From the NCBI GenBank assembly GCA_010356995.1, contig ML996702.1:617609-681608 (forward strand): DNA of 64,000 nt. The letters are read 5' to 3'. Below, in pieces: positions 45,193 to 57,602 of the stretch. Position 1 is the first letter of the stretch. Every line of letters starts with the position of its first letter. The notes under the pieces were generated by a model. That model searched no databases. It was not told where the DNA came from and was given only the letters and a program-made list of their open reading frames with translations. Source of the DNA: Trichodelitschia bisporula. Lineage: Eukaryota. Made by a program: the position numbers and the translations under genes.

Positions 45193-45680
45193 ATGCAACC
45201 CATGCCGCGAGAGAATCTCGGAGCTGTGCGTGTTTCTAAGGAACAGTTACTTTCTATGGTCGATCACATTCGCAGATTCAATATTGGCGATCGGAGATTC
45301 GAGCCATTGGACTGCGACAACGAAAGCCCTAAGCTCAGCACCGCCAGAGAAGAGCTCCGCAAGCGGCGGTTTGTCCTATGGCCGCTCAACGTTGTAGATA
45401 ACGAGGTCGATGCCTACATCAAGCCCGTAAGTTCTCTCATAGTCCTCGACCTTCCTTCAACCATGCTAATACTGCTATCTAGCGTATGGCGTTCCCCGTA
45501 GCCTTTGCCACGCCCTTCAAGGACGATGCCGGTCTTCAGAGGTGCTTGAACAAGCAGTCTGGGATTATTGACACTTTTTTCTTTGTTGACCACAACGGGG
45601 CTCTCCAGAGTGTTGATCCCCAAGAAGTGGGCTTCGAGATGACGGTTAGTTGGAGGGATTCGTGGAGGAAACCGTGGTGA
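45193..45680 (+). CDS. Hypothetical two-exon protein (~143 aa), no family recognised. Intron 45427-45482.
   Basis: ATG at 45193 or 45202. The intron GTAAGT...GCTAAT...TAG joins ...DAYIKP to RMAFPVAF... in frame. Composition is globular-looking. Confidence 0.55.
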
Positions 45681-45950
45681 GGATTCGCGCGGTGTGCTTT
45701 AATGGTTTGGCGCAGTGTGTTTTCAATGTTTTGGCGCGGTGTGCTTGTAATTCCATGTTCATCTCCATAGCAGTCAGTCAACATCGTGTCTTTTCTTTCA
45801 GCACGCATTCCCGTGTCGTTGTGTTGGACATCCTCCTACCATGGATGGCCTGATTATGAAGCAGGGCAGGCGCGGCTTCTGGCGAGAAGCGATGGACGAT
45901 AGATTTATGGCAAGCAGTTGGAACAGAGTGAGAGGGAACTGGACGGGGTG

Positions 45951-46126
45951 AGGACTTGGGGCCGGGTCGGGGAGGCGGCGCTTTGGGTCTTTTGGGTTTT
46001 GGAATGGAGGGTAATGTGTATGGCTAAGAGTAGGAGTTATGATTATGCTTGAACGCTCGATAGTGTTTCTTGTGATGGCACTCGTGGCGGAATCGATACG
46101 GCGATCTGTGGTCCTCGGCCATCACG
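45951..46126 (+). repeat. Copy B of the MIP1 3'-end duplication
   Basis: See copy A at 44053-44213. Confidence 0.8.
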
Positions 46127-46859
46127 TGCTGTTGGTGATGTTGGTGATTGTCCTCGAGGGTCACTTCCTTCCCTTTTCGAATTATGGTAAGTTCTCTATC
46201 ACGTGACTTCGTCCTCGAGCTCACGCTTCAACTTCCAGTTCACGCTTCAACTTTCGTACCTTCCTCAACTGCTCACCATCACCACCCACCGGAATAACTC
46301 GGCCTGGAATAAGTCGGCCTCCGGCCTCCTCCCACGAATTCAAAAAGCCCGGTGCACGTCCCTCAAAGGCTCGTGAATAGCAAAACACTAACGCACAGAC
46401 CACCTGGAACTGGGTATAAATATCGGCGACGCTCTCCATTTCCTTTCCCCTACATCCACATACATCATCTTCTCCACAGAAACCTTCATCACTCAGCATC
46501 ACTCAACATCTACGTCATCCCTCTAGCGTTGTGGTCCAGTATCTATACGAACCGTCTCCTGTCAGCTTCTCCAGGAGACCGATAAATACTGCAACAGCAA
46601 GTGCATTCATTGACTGCTTCTGGCAGCGCCCGACTTTCGGCGCCAACACGCCGGTTCAATTCCGGCCACCCCTCCCTCGCCATCTGGCGAAAACCAGCAA
46701 CAGAACCTTTTCACCAACCTCTTTCGTCAGGTGGCGCGTGAGGCTCTTGGGCCTCCTACTTACGCTCCCGGAGCAGCCCTCGGGATGCGAGACTGGGCAA
46801 AGTACCTGTCTATGATACACCGACACACAGGCTCTCGACGCCCCGAGTATCTTCTGGTC

Positions 46860-47800
46860 AAAGTCTGGGACCTTGAGTTCCAGTTCTTCAAGACTGGCGT
46901 TCTTGACCATGAGCCCGGAAAAACTCCAGGGCGCGACACTGGAGGTGCCCGTGAATGAGGCCGCGCATGGGCCCCTAAGGGTGAGGGTATGTCTTCCACA
47001 TCGATCCTCCACTCTCCTTTTCTCCACATACCACCTTCATCGTCAATGCTAACTCAACCTGTTACCAGCCACTGGCATCATGATGCCTCCCAAATGCCTC
47101 TCGGAGATTCTCCGGGGCCGACCCGTAAAACCTGTCCGTGAATAACTTCACTGACACACGGGCCCCTGAGGCTGTTGGCCTCTTCTCGCCAAGGCTTCAT
47201 GCGAATTTGAGGTCTTCTTGTGATGCGTATGAGGAACGGTGTCTCTGAGGGGTCGAACTGGTGTTAGGTTTTTTCTGTTTTTCTCGGGACGGCTGGGACC
47301 TGGCGTTGGTGGCTGATTGAGATGCCCATGGGTGATGCTTCCTTACGATCTTTATGACTTGGCGGAGAACAGTCTGGGATTTCGAATTCCAGCTCTTCAA
47401 GACCGGTCTTCTCGACCAAGCGCCCGGAAAAGCTCCGAGACGCGACACTGACCGCTGCCCGTAAATGAGGGTGGCGTACGCATCCCTGATGTCCAGGGAG
47501 TTCGCGATCCACCACTTGTTGTCTTCATCTTGTTTTCCAGTAATTTCTTTGACAACAAATCACGTCGGAGGTATGTCTTCTCCATCGCTCTCCTCCATTT
47601 CCTTCCCCCTTCTTCATACACAGTCTTCATTATCCATGCTAACTCAACTCCGCCACCAGGAACTGGCATCATGATGCCACCCAAACCCCGCTCCCGGAAA
47701 AACTGTCCGTGAATAACTTCACCGACGCACGGGCCCCTCGAGGTTGAGGATATCTTCCACATCGAACCTCTCCACTTCCTCTCTACACACCACCTCCACC
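46860..47800 (+). repeat. Diverged tandem duplication (~510-560 bp offset) of an exon-intron-exon module, with a partial third unit
   Basis: agtctggga...ttcaagac...cccggaaaa...cgcgacactg at ~46862 and ~47371; gtatgtctt...gctaactcaac...ccag at ~46987-47068 and ~47571-47659; actggcatcatgatgcc...ctgtccgtgaataacttcac...gggcccct in both. Confidence 0.85.
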
Positions 47801-48359
47801 ACAGCAATCTTCCAAGGCCTCCGACCTGTCTTTATCAAGGAAGAAGACTGCTCACCCCCGGCAATCCCGAGGGGTGATAATCGTATACTCAACATCTCCA
47901 TGCCTATCGAGGTTACGGAGATTCGGCTGCAGCTGAACACGCCGAGGATTGCAAATCCTCATTTTAATGTTTATTACTATAACGGAGGGGCAAACATTCG
48001 TGCTATCCGTGGCCGTAGTATGTTCGAGCAAGCAGGTTCTTCTGGCACCGGTGCCTTCGGCACTGCCCTCTACTTCCTCTCGCATTACCACGTCAGTCGG
48101 TACGTGTCCCCCCTTTACACATCCCATCACGCCTTCGAGCCACCGCTAAAATCCCACAGCCAGACCCTCCGTGGTGACCCCCACTGCCGCCTCCGGACCA
48201 CTTCGGCCCCTAACCCCCCACGGGATCTTGCGGCAAGGATGGGACCCCAAGTGCTCCCCCCCGCCTCAGCGCAACAAGGAGCACATCAGACTGGTCCTAC
48301 GGGGCCGGTGCACTCCTCCGCGCCTGCCATGGGCCATGAGGTTTCCATTAGTGGGGGGG

Positions 48360-49945
48360 CCGGGCCGCGGGTCTCCCACCCGCCGGCCTTCGGACACGCC
48401 TGACGCATCAGCCTCACACTTCCTTGGATGGCTCAACCCGACAATCTCCTAGAGGGTGCCAGAGGATGGCTTGAAACACTGCTAGACAAAAGCACTGTCA
48501 ATTCAAGCGATGACCCCCCACGCCCAAGCAAGCCCGCAGACCAAGCTGCTAAGAGCCACTAGCAGCATATCGTCAAAGGGCTCATCCAAGGAGACCACTG
48601 GTGCCGCTCGCCCTCGCGGGAAGGCGGGGCTCGGCGGGTGTATAAGAAGGCCCAGATTAAGCACGTCTCTAAGTCCGTCGTAGAAGACGCAGCTGCCGCG
48701 TCTAGCGAAGCGACTACTTAGGAGATCGAAGATATGGTTCTTGTAAGTCACCATAGTAAATTACGACGTAGGAGACACGCTAACAGTCGCTAAGGCTGGA
48801 CACCTATTATTGACTTCCGTCCCTAAGGCGTCGAGTTCACCTGAACCGAGTAGGGAGCGACACTTGAAACTGCGGTGCGATGCGGCTTTGGTGAGATATA
48901 GGTTCCAGAGCTCGAAGCACTGCGGATCTTTCGTTATGCCTAACTACTTCGCGCATAACCCGATTTCCCTATACGCGGAGTCTCGGCGGGTGATGCAATC
49001 ACCCCCGCACCAGCAGGCCTGACATTCCTATCGCATTCTCCGGCCACCGAAAGACTCGGCCAAAATGGCCATGCACAAACTCGGTCCTCCTCAACCCCGG
49101 GCCGCGGGTCTCCTGCCCGCCAGACCTCGGTCGCGCCCGGGGGGGGGGGGGGGCGGGGGGGATATTTACCCCGCGACCACAGACGGCGAGTTGCAGAACA
49201 AGCTTCTCGGATCTGGATCGGTCCTGGGCCATCCGTCTTTGACCGAACACACTCGGCCACAAGTTTTTCCGACTGGCCCTTTACGAGCACGGTCAGTCAC
49301 CATGTAGTGGCTGGTTCCGCCCCCTCCGCAACAGCGGCCTGCTGGCCCGTGTGGCCATCATTGAAGCCCAGGGCCGCTGGTCTCCTGACTTCGGTCGCGC
49401 CAGGGGCGGGGGGGGGCAGGGGGGAGGGAGGAGGGGGCCAGAGGAGGGGGGGGAGGGGGGGGGGTGATACCATCACCCTCACCACTGAACTGCAAAACCT
49501 GGAGCCAGCTCCCCATTCTTCAGTCCCAGTCCACTGGTGGGGGGGGCGCGGGTCTCCGCCCGCCAGACCTCGAGACGCTCTTTTCCTTCCCCTATTTTAC
49601 GCACGCTCGATCGAACAGGGCGGTTATGAATCCTACATCGCAATGCTAGATACCGACTACGCGACAAACGGGATCTACAGGTCCGACAAGCTTCAACCGT
49701 TCATAGACATGCCCTGGGCAGTCGCCCCCGGCTGGGGTGATATGATCACCCCCGCGAGCCCAAGGCCAGACGCTCAAGCCGTATTCTCCCGCCACCGAAG
49801 AACTCGGCCACCACGGGCATTCACGAGCACGGTCTGTCACCATGGGGCCGCCGGCTGGCCCCAGCAATTCACCACAAAGATGTGCATCCTCATTAGCATC
49901 TTCTACCCGTCCGCCCGTCAGCGGGCCTGCTGGCCCATTGGCGCG
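48360..49945 (+). repeat. Mosaic of short interspersed repeats with G-runs
   Basis: Motif gggccgcgggtctcc..cccgcc.gacctcgg at ~48362, 49099, 49371 and 49545. A second motif, tcacccccgc...gccaccgaa..actcggcca...acgagcacggtc.gtcaccatg, occurs at ~48999, ~49251 (partial) and ~49747. Confidence 0.75.
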
Positions 49946-50625
49946 CTTGAACATCCCTTCTTCAAGAACCCCGCGCTCCCTTCGCGGCCGGATGAGATTC
50001 CATGCCTTGCCGCTCGGAGAGTCCTGAAACATGGCGAAGGCCAACGACAAGCGCGCTGCTCGACGTGCTCGCCGCCTTAGCGGCTGGTAGTATATCTCGA
50101 AGGCGTCTGATCTGTTCATTAAAATTTTGTCACCAGCCGGCGGTGTACTATATACAACAGCTACAAGTCCTCGATTGAGGGGCAGCTGGGCGGCTCCCGT
50201 GCTGAATAGGGCGATTGAGGGCCTCGTGCCGCTGTTCCGAGCCTCAAGCAGCAGACGAATATCCACTCCAAGACAATCAAGGGGACAGCGCCCCTTGCCG
50301 AAGAAGGCAGTATGGCCATACCTCCGAAGTTCGACAAGCAGCCGACAAAGAGCTGAGCCACGGTCATCAAGGGGGAAGAAGCGAAAGTGGAGGGAGGTGG
50401 CCTAGAAGCGGCAGAGATAAGACTTGAGAGAAGTCGAGCAGCCCGAAGAGCTTGTGAGAGGTATACGGACCAACAGACCTGCGAGTGATCGTGGGCAATT
50501 CAGGGCGAAGGCCACGAGGCCCATCTCCACCTGTCACCATTACTCCCCCGTCCCGCCTTGGGGCCGGGGAGGGAGGCTTCAATCTCCGGTATACAATCTG
50601 TTGCGCCGTGTGAATGCGGTTTGCA

Positions 50626-50748
50626 CTGCAGCTCTGGACTTTGACCTCGACAACATCGTATACGTTGTCACCAATCATCGTTCCATTCTGCGCTGCGGCT
50701 CTGGACTTTGACCTCGACAACAACGTATTCATCGTCGCCTATCAACAC
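50626..50748 (+). repeat. Tandem duplication with a 67-bp period
   Basis: ctgc(a/g)gctctggactttgacctcgacaaca(t/a)cgta at 50626 and 50693. Confidence 0.9.
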
Positions 50749-51469
50749 TGCTCCTCCGTCCCGCTTTGGGACCCAGGGGGGGAAGCGCTATATGCTTTAC
50801 GGCTTCGTCCATTATAGGTTTGTGCGAACTGCCCCGCTGACCAAACGATTACAAGCTAACTCGTTCGCAGCCAGCAGATGTTCTCAGCAAGATCCAACGT
50901 TTATGCCAGCTTTCCAGAAAGCTCAGACGTTTCTGCTTTATTCTCCCGCCATCACGAAATCTCCCTCAACCCATGCCGGGTCATTCGCCAATATTGACTG
51001 CTATATACGAGCTTGTCATGTGAGCGGAGAAGCTTATATACCCAACAACCAAGGGGCGTCTAGATCTGCCTTCATGCAGATTGTTGATTGTCCCCTAATG
51101 AGTTACAGCTTCAGTATTTCCTCCTAATGCTCCGTCGCGCTTCGGGACCGGGAGGCGGGGAATATAGAACTTATTGCTGCAAGATGCACGACACTGGAAA
51201 GTTGGCGACAACATTTGCTCTATGCGCTTCAAATCCTCAACAAAAAAGCGCTCTCTACTTTCACCTCCTCGACGCGCGCGCCTGCCCGTGCTGCTCACGG
51301 GACTGCCATCGAGAATGTCAACAATATAGTTCGCGCGCTTTGAGTTCGCCTATGATGATACAGCGGCTCAGCCCTCGCGTAGAACCCGTCTGCAGTTCCT
51401 GGCCCATGTTCGCGTGTTGGCCAAGCGCCTTTTCAAAGTCTGGTAATCGTCATGCCGGAAGGCCGGTTT

Positions 51470-54400
51470 GACGCTGGCGGCTGGGACGAATATCCAAGAC
51501 GACTGGAGTCTCCGACACCAAGAGCACATGGCGTGGAAGACCGCTGAACGCGGTTTTTGCCGTCCTGATCGCGTCAACAGGAACGACGTGGCGCCGGTTG
51601 GAGCGCCTTCCTCGCTCCACCCGCAAGGCCGTTGCGGGGGGTTGGAGCGTCCGCCGCTCCACCCGCACTACCACGCTCTCCCACTGCTTTCAGTTTTCCA
51701 ACTGCCGAACTCCAAAGCTTCTCAACGCACCAAGGCCGCGTCGCAGCCCGCCTCATGAAGGCCCCAGAGGAGACGCACCATGACAAGCCCGCGCCGAGTC
51801 AGATGCCTTCGAGGCGCAGCAAGCTCCCCGTCCCGCTTCGGATCGGGGAACGACCCACTCTGCTCCGACATCCGCGAAGTCACCTCCGACCAGTGGAAGA
51901 CCATGGAACCACTTCTCCCTCAAAGCGGACAATAAGTTCGAATTCGCCCTCACCCCCAAACCCCGGAGGGGGCCGGTGTCCCGCCCCGGCAGACCATCGC
52001 CATTGTGCGATGAAGTCCTCCCGCCCTGCGTCGGGATGGGGAGGGGCCGGGGGTTCCGCTCCCGGCGTGCCGTCGCCATTGCACGGCAAAGTCCTGCCGG
52101 AGGATGTCGTCGAAGCCCCCGCGGGCCCTGTGAACTTGAGCGCACCATCTATAACGCTATGTATATATCGGCTTTGGCCGATGCTGAAGACGAGACGGAC
52201 GTCAAACTGAAGCTTTTACCGGTTCTATATACGCCGCGCGCGGAGTGGAGCATCTCCATCGTTCCAACTGCCAAGCTGCCACTGGCCGAGATGGCGGAGC
52301 AGAAGCACGATACTCTCTGTTTCGGTTTCAGTGATATACCGGCGCTCGGAGTTCAGGGCAATGCCACGATTCTTGTATCTTAATTCGAAATGTGATCACA
52401 AGCGCGCTGTGTTCTGGCTCCTACACGACGTGACGCTCCAGGAGCTGTCTACGAACGCTCTGTACTGGAACCTTGCCAAGATGAACCGGGAGTGAGCGGA
52501 TGGGATGTGGATCACGAGAAATATACCTGCGGATCTCTACTTTGCGCCCATATAGAGCGCTGTATATACCGCGGCTTCGGCCGATTTTATACGGGAGAAC
52601 TGGACAGTGAGCGAGGATGAGGACGATGACGACAATGAGGACGATGATGAGGACGAGGATTACAATCTGGAAATCACCCCACTCCTTCGTCCTCGTCCTC
52701 GTCTCCATCATTGTCTTTGCACTCATCTCAATCATTGTCCCTGTCCTTGTCTCCATCATTATCCTCATCATCGACATTGTCATCGCCATTGTCATCGTTC
52801 TCCTCGCTGTCCTCATCCTCATCCTATATCCCTAGATCCCACCTCATCCTGGGTTTTCCTCCGGTGGTGCCCGACGAGTATAGCTCGTGGGGAAGATGGC
52901 TAAGCGACGATTTCCGTAAGTCACCTCAGCAAACAATGGCACCGGAGGGGTGCTGACAATCGCAAGCCGTGGTTTATATTCAGCATGCTTTGGCGGAAAC
53001 TGCGGCCCTTGTCCGGGACCTGGCAACACCAACATCGCCGCAGGTCAATATTTCGACGCCTACCTGGCTGCACAGACGTCAAACATGAAGGCCGGTGCCG
53101 AAAGCAGTCGGATATCACCATCTTCCCCGAAAGTGCCTTTGACTACTGTCAACGAGAGTGTGTACATCATTGTCAAGCAAACTGACGCGACTGCTTGCGA
53201 TCTGACCTGGTGTTCTCGTTGTAATCTGAAACGGCGGCCGGTCGTTCATATATGTGTATAGGCATGCGCTGCCTCCGAACTATTCGAGCCATTGCGCCCC
53301 TGTTCGTATATTCCGGCTTCGGCCATATAAGGTTGTTGGAAAGCGGTTGCTGTATTCAGCCTTACCCAGTTTTAGCCACAGGGCTCGAGTATAAGTAGAC
53401 TCGGGATCCCCACCTCTTTGACAATTAAACAACTTGTTCATGGGCAGACCTTCGGTCTAACTTGCGATGCTGTGATGTTTCCATTAATCTCACACCTCCT
53501 TTTAACAAAGGTTCGTACACTACCTCGTCACCCGATCGATCCCCTGCTAACACTCTTGGACCAAGTATATCTGCTGCGGCGATACCGGCAGCAATGATTG
53601 TGCCCCTCGCAGTTGCTACCACCCTTCGAGTCACCAACGTACCCAGAGTACTCGACGTCGCCGGAGATCAAGCAAGAACTGCCATCGCTGCCGCGCATTA
53701 TCTCTCCAACCTACCCGGACTATCAGTCGGGTCCTGAGGAGGACCCTTCAGTCGTTGCCCCGGGTACCTGGGGACACTTTTGACCGGGAATATACTGAGC
53801 ACTGCCGCTATTCTGGTGCTTTGAACAAGAAGACATGGCCCTCATGTTCTCGCGCCCCCAGTTCCTATATCTCATCACTATAGTGAACCCGCAATGGCGC
53901 CTTACTACAATGTCGTCAAATGCGCCATGGCCGCCCGCAAGATAGAAGAGCTCACTCTTCCCTCCCAGCGTGCTGCCTGGCCCGTCCAAGACGCCGACCG
54001 GTGACTGCTTATATACCGCCAATTTGGCCTCGAAACCTTTGACCTTCCAAATCCACCACATGGTCAAAATTTTCACGCCTCTACATCTTCTCCACAACAT
54101 CGTATTTGCCAACAACCGTGGACTCTTCTCTCTTTGTTGTATAGGTACTGGTTGCCGGCTTACGCGCAGAGCGCTAAGGAAGATGACGACGACGACGAGA
54201 ATGACGACAGCCATGACTTGTTGAACGAACCGCCGTCGTCACCCGTGCTCGATCCCCGGGCCGCCAAGGATGACATTATGAATGATCTCATTAAGGATTT
54301 CAAGCGTCACTCCACTCGCTCCTCCGTTGCGGAGCGTAAAACTCCCCCTGCGCAGTGGGTTGAGAAGACGGCGAGCCCCAGTGGCGAAGATGTCCGGACG

Positions 54401-55600
54401 GAAAGCTCTAGGGAATCGACACCGAACTATATCAGGAAGACTCTAACGCCAGAGGCTCTGACACCGAAGACGCCGACGCCACCGGGGCACTTGGCCGTGG
54501 CTTGCGATATACTTTCACCACTACGGCGTAATCAATAATCCACTCGCCACCGGCGATATATACACGGATTATAACAGATTATAACAGATTATAACAGATT
54601 TGAGCAATGGCTCTTCATCGCCAGGCCAATCCTTTCCACAAGCATGTGGTTATCAACGGGTGGGTGTTCTGTCTTCTCCACCCTCCGGCCCCGATGCTTG
54701 ATCAGCACGATATACCGCACTACTGGGCTCCTCCCTAAACCTGCCCTCAACATTATAACGACCAGATCCGCCCTTTATCCTGGATGAGAGTGAGGTCGAC
54801 TCGCGGGCACCCTCTTTTTGAACAAAACAATGGCATCAAAGACAACAATCAAGCGCGCTGTCCGCCGTGCTCGTCGTCACCTCATTGGTCCACCTGTAAC
54901 GCGCCACCTCCTTGAGACAGCGCAGATGGAAATGGCTGAAAGCGCCATTGAAGCTGAGGAAGCGGCAGTCGCAGCTCGTGACGCGGCGGACGAGGGCGGC
55001 GAATACGGCAAATATATAGAGAAGTACAAGAGCGTAGTAAGTTGCCAGAACAGACGGTGATGAAGGAGATTTACTGACAGCCACTAGGGGTGGCAGCTCG
55101 AGATGACCTTCGGACCTGATGGGGCGAATACTCCTCCCAAGCCGCGCGCCGAGGCTGAGGGCGGCACTATTGCCGGCCGGAGACTCTTCAGCATATCGGC
55201 GTTGAGAGGGGAAATACAAGCTCATGCCCATTAAATCCGGTTGGGAGCTCGGCATGGGTTATACATCACAGAGCTTCGTTGAAAAAGGGCGGGGACATAT
55301 AACAGAGGTGGTTCGTGGTGATAGAGATTATATTGAGGGACAACTGGATCGGGAATCGGGCCAGTATTGAGTATAGTGCAATTCCTTACTGCGCATCTCA
55401 AGCAATTCTCTGGCCTTCGTAATCTATTCGATTTGGCGTCACTCTTGCTCTCGGATATGTATACGTTCGCCCGGCGTGATATCGCAAGGCTATCACCAGC
55501 TTTCATACTAGGGCCGGTGCGGGAGACGAACTTGCGCATCTTGTGGAGCGCCCGCGACCTAATAAAGATCTACGGCACACAGCTGTCTTTGTACCAATAA
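51470..55600 (+). pseudogene. Decayed coding-like fragments of unknown family, probably one or more pseudogenes
   Basis: Protein-like segments broken by stops or frameshifts: ...YISALADAEDETDVKLKLLPVLY..., ...LYWNLAKMNRE*..., PSQLLPPFESPTYPEY..., YWLPAYAQSAKEDDDD... and MASKTTIKRAVRRARRH.... No motif recognised. Confidence 0.35.
54567..54600 (+). repeat. 10-bp microtandem repeat (ataacagatt)x3
   Basis: gatt ataacagatt ataacagatt ataacagatt. Confidence 0.95.
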
Positions 55601-55910
55601 AAAGAATGCTTAACAACGAGTCTGACATGCACTGCTTAATCATGCGTGAAGCGCCGTGAATGCAAGGCTGACACGCCTCTTGGCTGACTAACCTGCCCTC
55701 CCGGACCAATTCGTCCGAACTCTGATGAGATCCTCCCCGATGCGGCTAGCGCCTCAGCCACCCCATCCCCAAGCCACGTCTGCCTGGCAGCGGGATTGGA
55801 GTTTTAAGGCCTTCGCGCGACAACTTCATCTCACCAACAACATCCAAATCATCTTCTCCCCCTTCTCCTTTTCCCACACACCCCCCACACACTCCGCCTC
55901 ACGCTTCACA

Positions 55911-57602
55911 ATGCCGGCGCCCCCGCTGGAACCCTTCCCCATGATGGCCTCGGAGCACAAACCCACCACCCGCCCCCGCAACAAGAGCAATTCCCTCGGC
56001 GGCGATCCGCGCGGCGACACCGGCGGACCCGCGCTGGCGACCGCTTACGACAATTCTCCCTCACCGTCCCCCGCGCTCACACCCACCCTGCAATCAGTAC
56101 GCTTCCACACACATCCATTCACCCGCGCTAACAGCGACAGAAAACCCCCCCAGGCCGTCCCTCGCGACGCTCCAAGCGGCGCAAAGTGCGCTCCCTGCTC
56201 CGCCGGTGGAAAACCCTCTCCTTCCGGCACACATGGCTGAACCCTTTACTCGCGTGCATCGCAGTGGTACTAGTCTATCTCGCGAGCCCGACTTCCAACA
56301 ACCCCGTCTACCCAGCGATTTTCCTGTCCTACCCGCTGCCGCGCGAAGCCGGTGCCCCGGAGTCAACGCCGGTGCAATATGGCAAGGGCAAGCTGGACTT
56401 CGCGTTCGTGGCCTTCTATACCGTGTTCCTGTCCTTCACGCGCGAGTTCATAATGCAACGCATCTTGCGGCCGCTGGCGCTGCGCGCGGGCATCATGCAC
56501 CGGGCTAAGCAGGCGCGGTTCATGGAGCAGGCGTATACGGCTATATACTTTGCTATCTTTGGACCGTTTGGGTTGTATGTCATGAGCCGCACGCCGGTGT
56601 GGTACTTCAATACGCGCGGCATGTATGAGGGCTTTCCGCACCGGTCGCATGAGGCGGTGTTCAAGGCGTACTACCTGCTGCAGGCGAGTTACTGGCTGCA
56701 GCAGGCGATTGTGCTGCTTCTGTTGCTGGAGAAGCCGCGCAAGGACTTCAAGGAACTGGTTGCGCATCATATTATCACGCTTGCGCTCATCGGCCTGAGC
56801 TACCGGTTTCACTTTACGTACATGGGGCTTGCGGTGTACATTACGCACGACATCTCCGACTTCTTCCTGGCGGTGAGTTTTAGTGGAGTGGTGCGTGGTG
56901 GAAAACATAAGCTGACATACCCAGACTTCAAAGCTGCTCAACTACCTCCAGTCAAATGCCGTTATCCCGTATTTCATCGTCTTCCTCGGTTCCTGGGCCT
57001 ACCTGCGGCACTTCATCAATCTCAGCATTCTGTCGTCGATGATCCCGCTCCCCTTCCCATTCGAAGAGAAGTACGTCGCGCCCTACGAGGCCGCCAAAGA
57101 AAGTGCCTTGAGCGTTCTATCCAACGCCTACACCACTCTGCGTCCCGTCCTCACGCCCGCCGCCTCCGCCGGCGCTTCCGCGCTGGGAGCCGTATCGCCA
57201 AAGACGCTCACCTGGCTGCAGTCCGCGCCATCAACGCTCAACACCTTCCTCAACAGCACCGCTGAATTCGCTGCCGTCGGCCCCTTCGCCTCGAGCTGGG
57301 ACACGGTGGACTGGGCGGCGCAGCAGTACAAGTGCGGCACGGCGCAGTGGATCGCGTTCCTGCTGCTGCTGTCGCTGCAGCTGGTCAACATTTTCTGGTT
57401 CTTCCTCATCCTGCGCGTGTTGTGGCGCATTGTTGTGAGCTGGGGGTCGGAGGCGGAGGATGAGCGGAGTGAGTATGATGACGACGAGGAGGAGGAGCGT
57501 GTGAAGGAGCTGGAGACGATGAGGGTGGAGCAGGAGGGCAAGCCGAATGGTCATGTGAAGGGGCTGGGAAATGGAGAGCTGAGGCAGCGGGCGGCGTATT
57601 AG
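55911..57602 (+). CDS. LAG1: Ceramide synthase, LAG1/LAC1 (TLC domain) family. Introns ~56097-56140 and 56873-56924.
   Basis: YGKGKLDFAFVAFY, RFMEQAYTAIYF, FKAYYLLQASYW, and the Lag1 motif EKPRKDFKELVAHHIITLALIGLSYRFHFTYMGLAVYITHDISDFFLA|TSKLLNYL. Also LQLVNIFWFFLILRV and an acidic EDERSEYD tail. Confidence 0.95.

Noticed and set aside
46309..46398. ATAAGT...ACTAAC...CAG, resembling the Pezizomycotina telomerase RNA terminal intron
   Set aside because: No template-like sequence lies upstream on this strand. The ATAAGT is part of a 15-bp tandem duplication, and a canonical GTAAGT donor at 46187 can explain the branch point and acceptor.
44200..55700. Starship or other autonomous mobile element
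   Set aside because: No DUF3435 tyrosine recombinase, transposase or reverse-transcriptase motifs and no terminal repeats were recognised.
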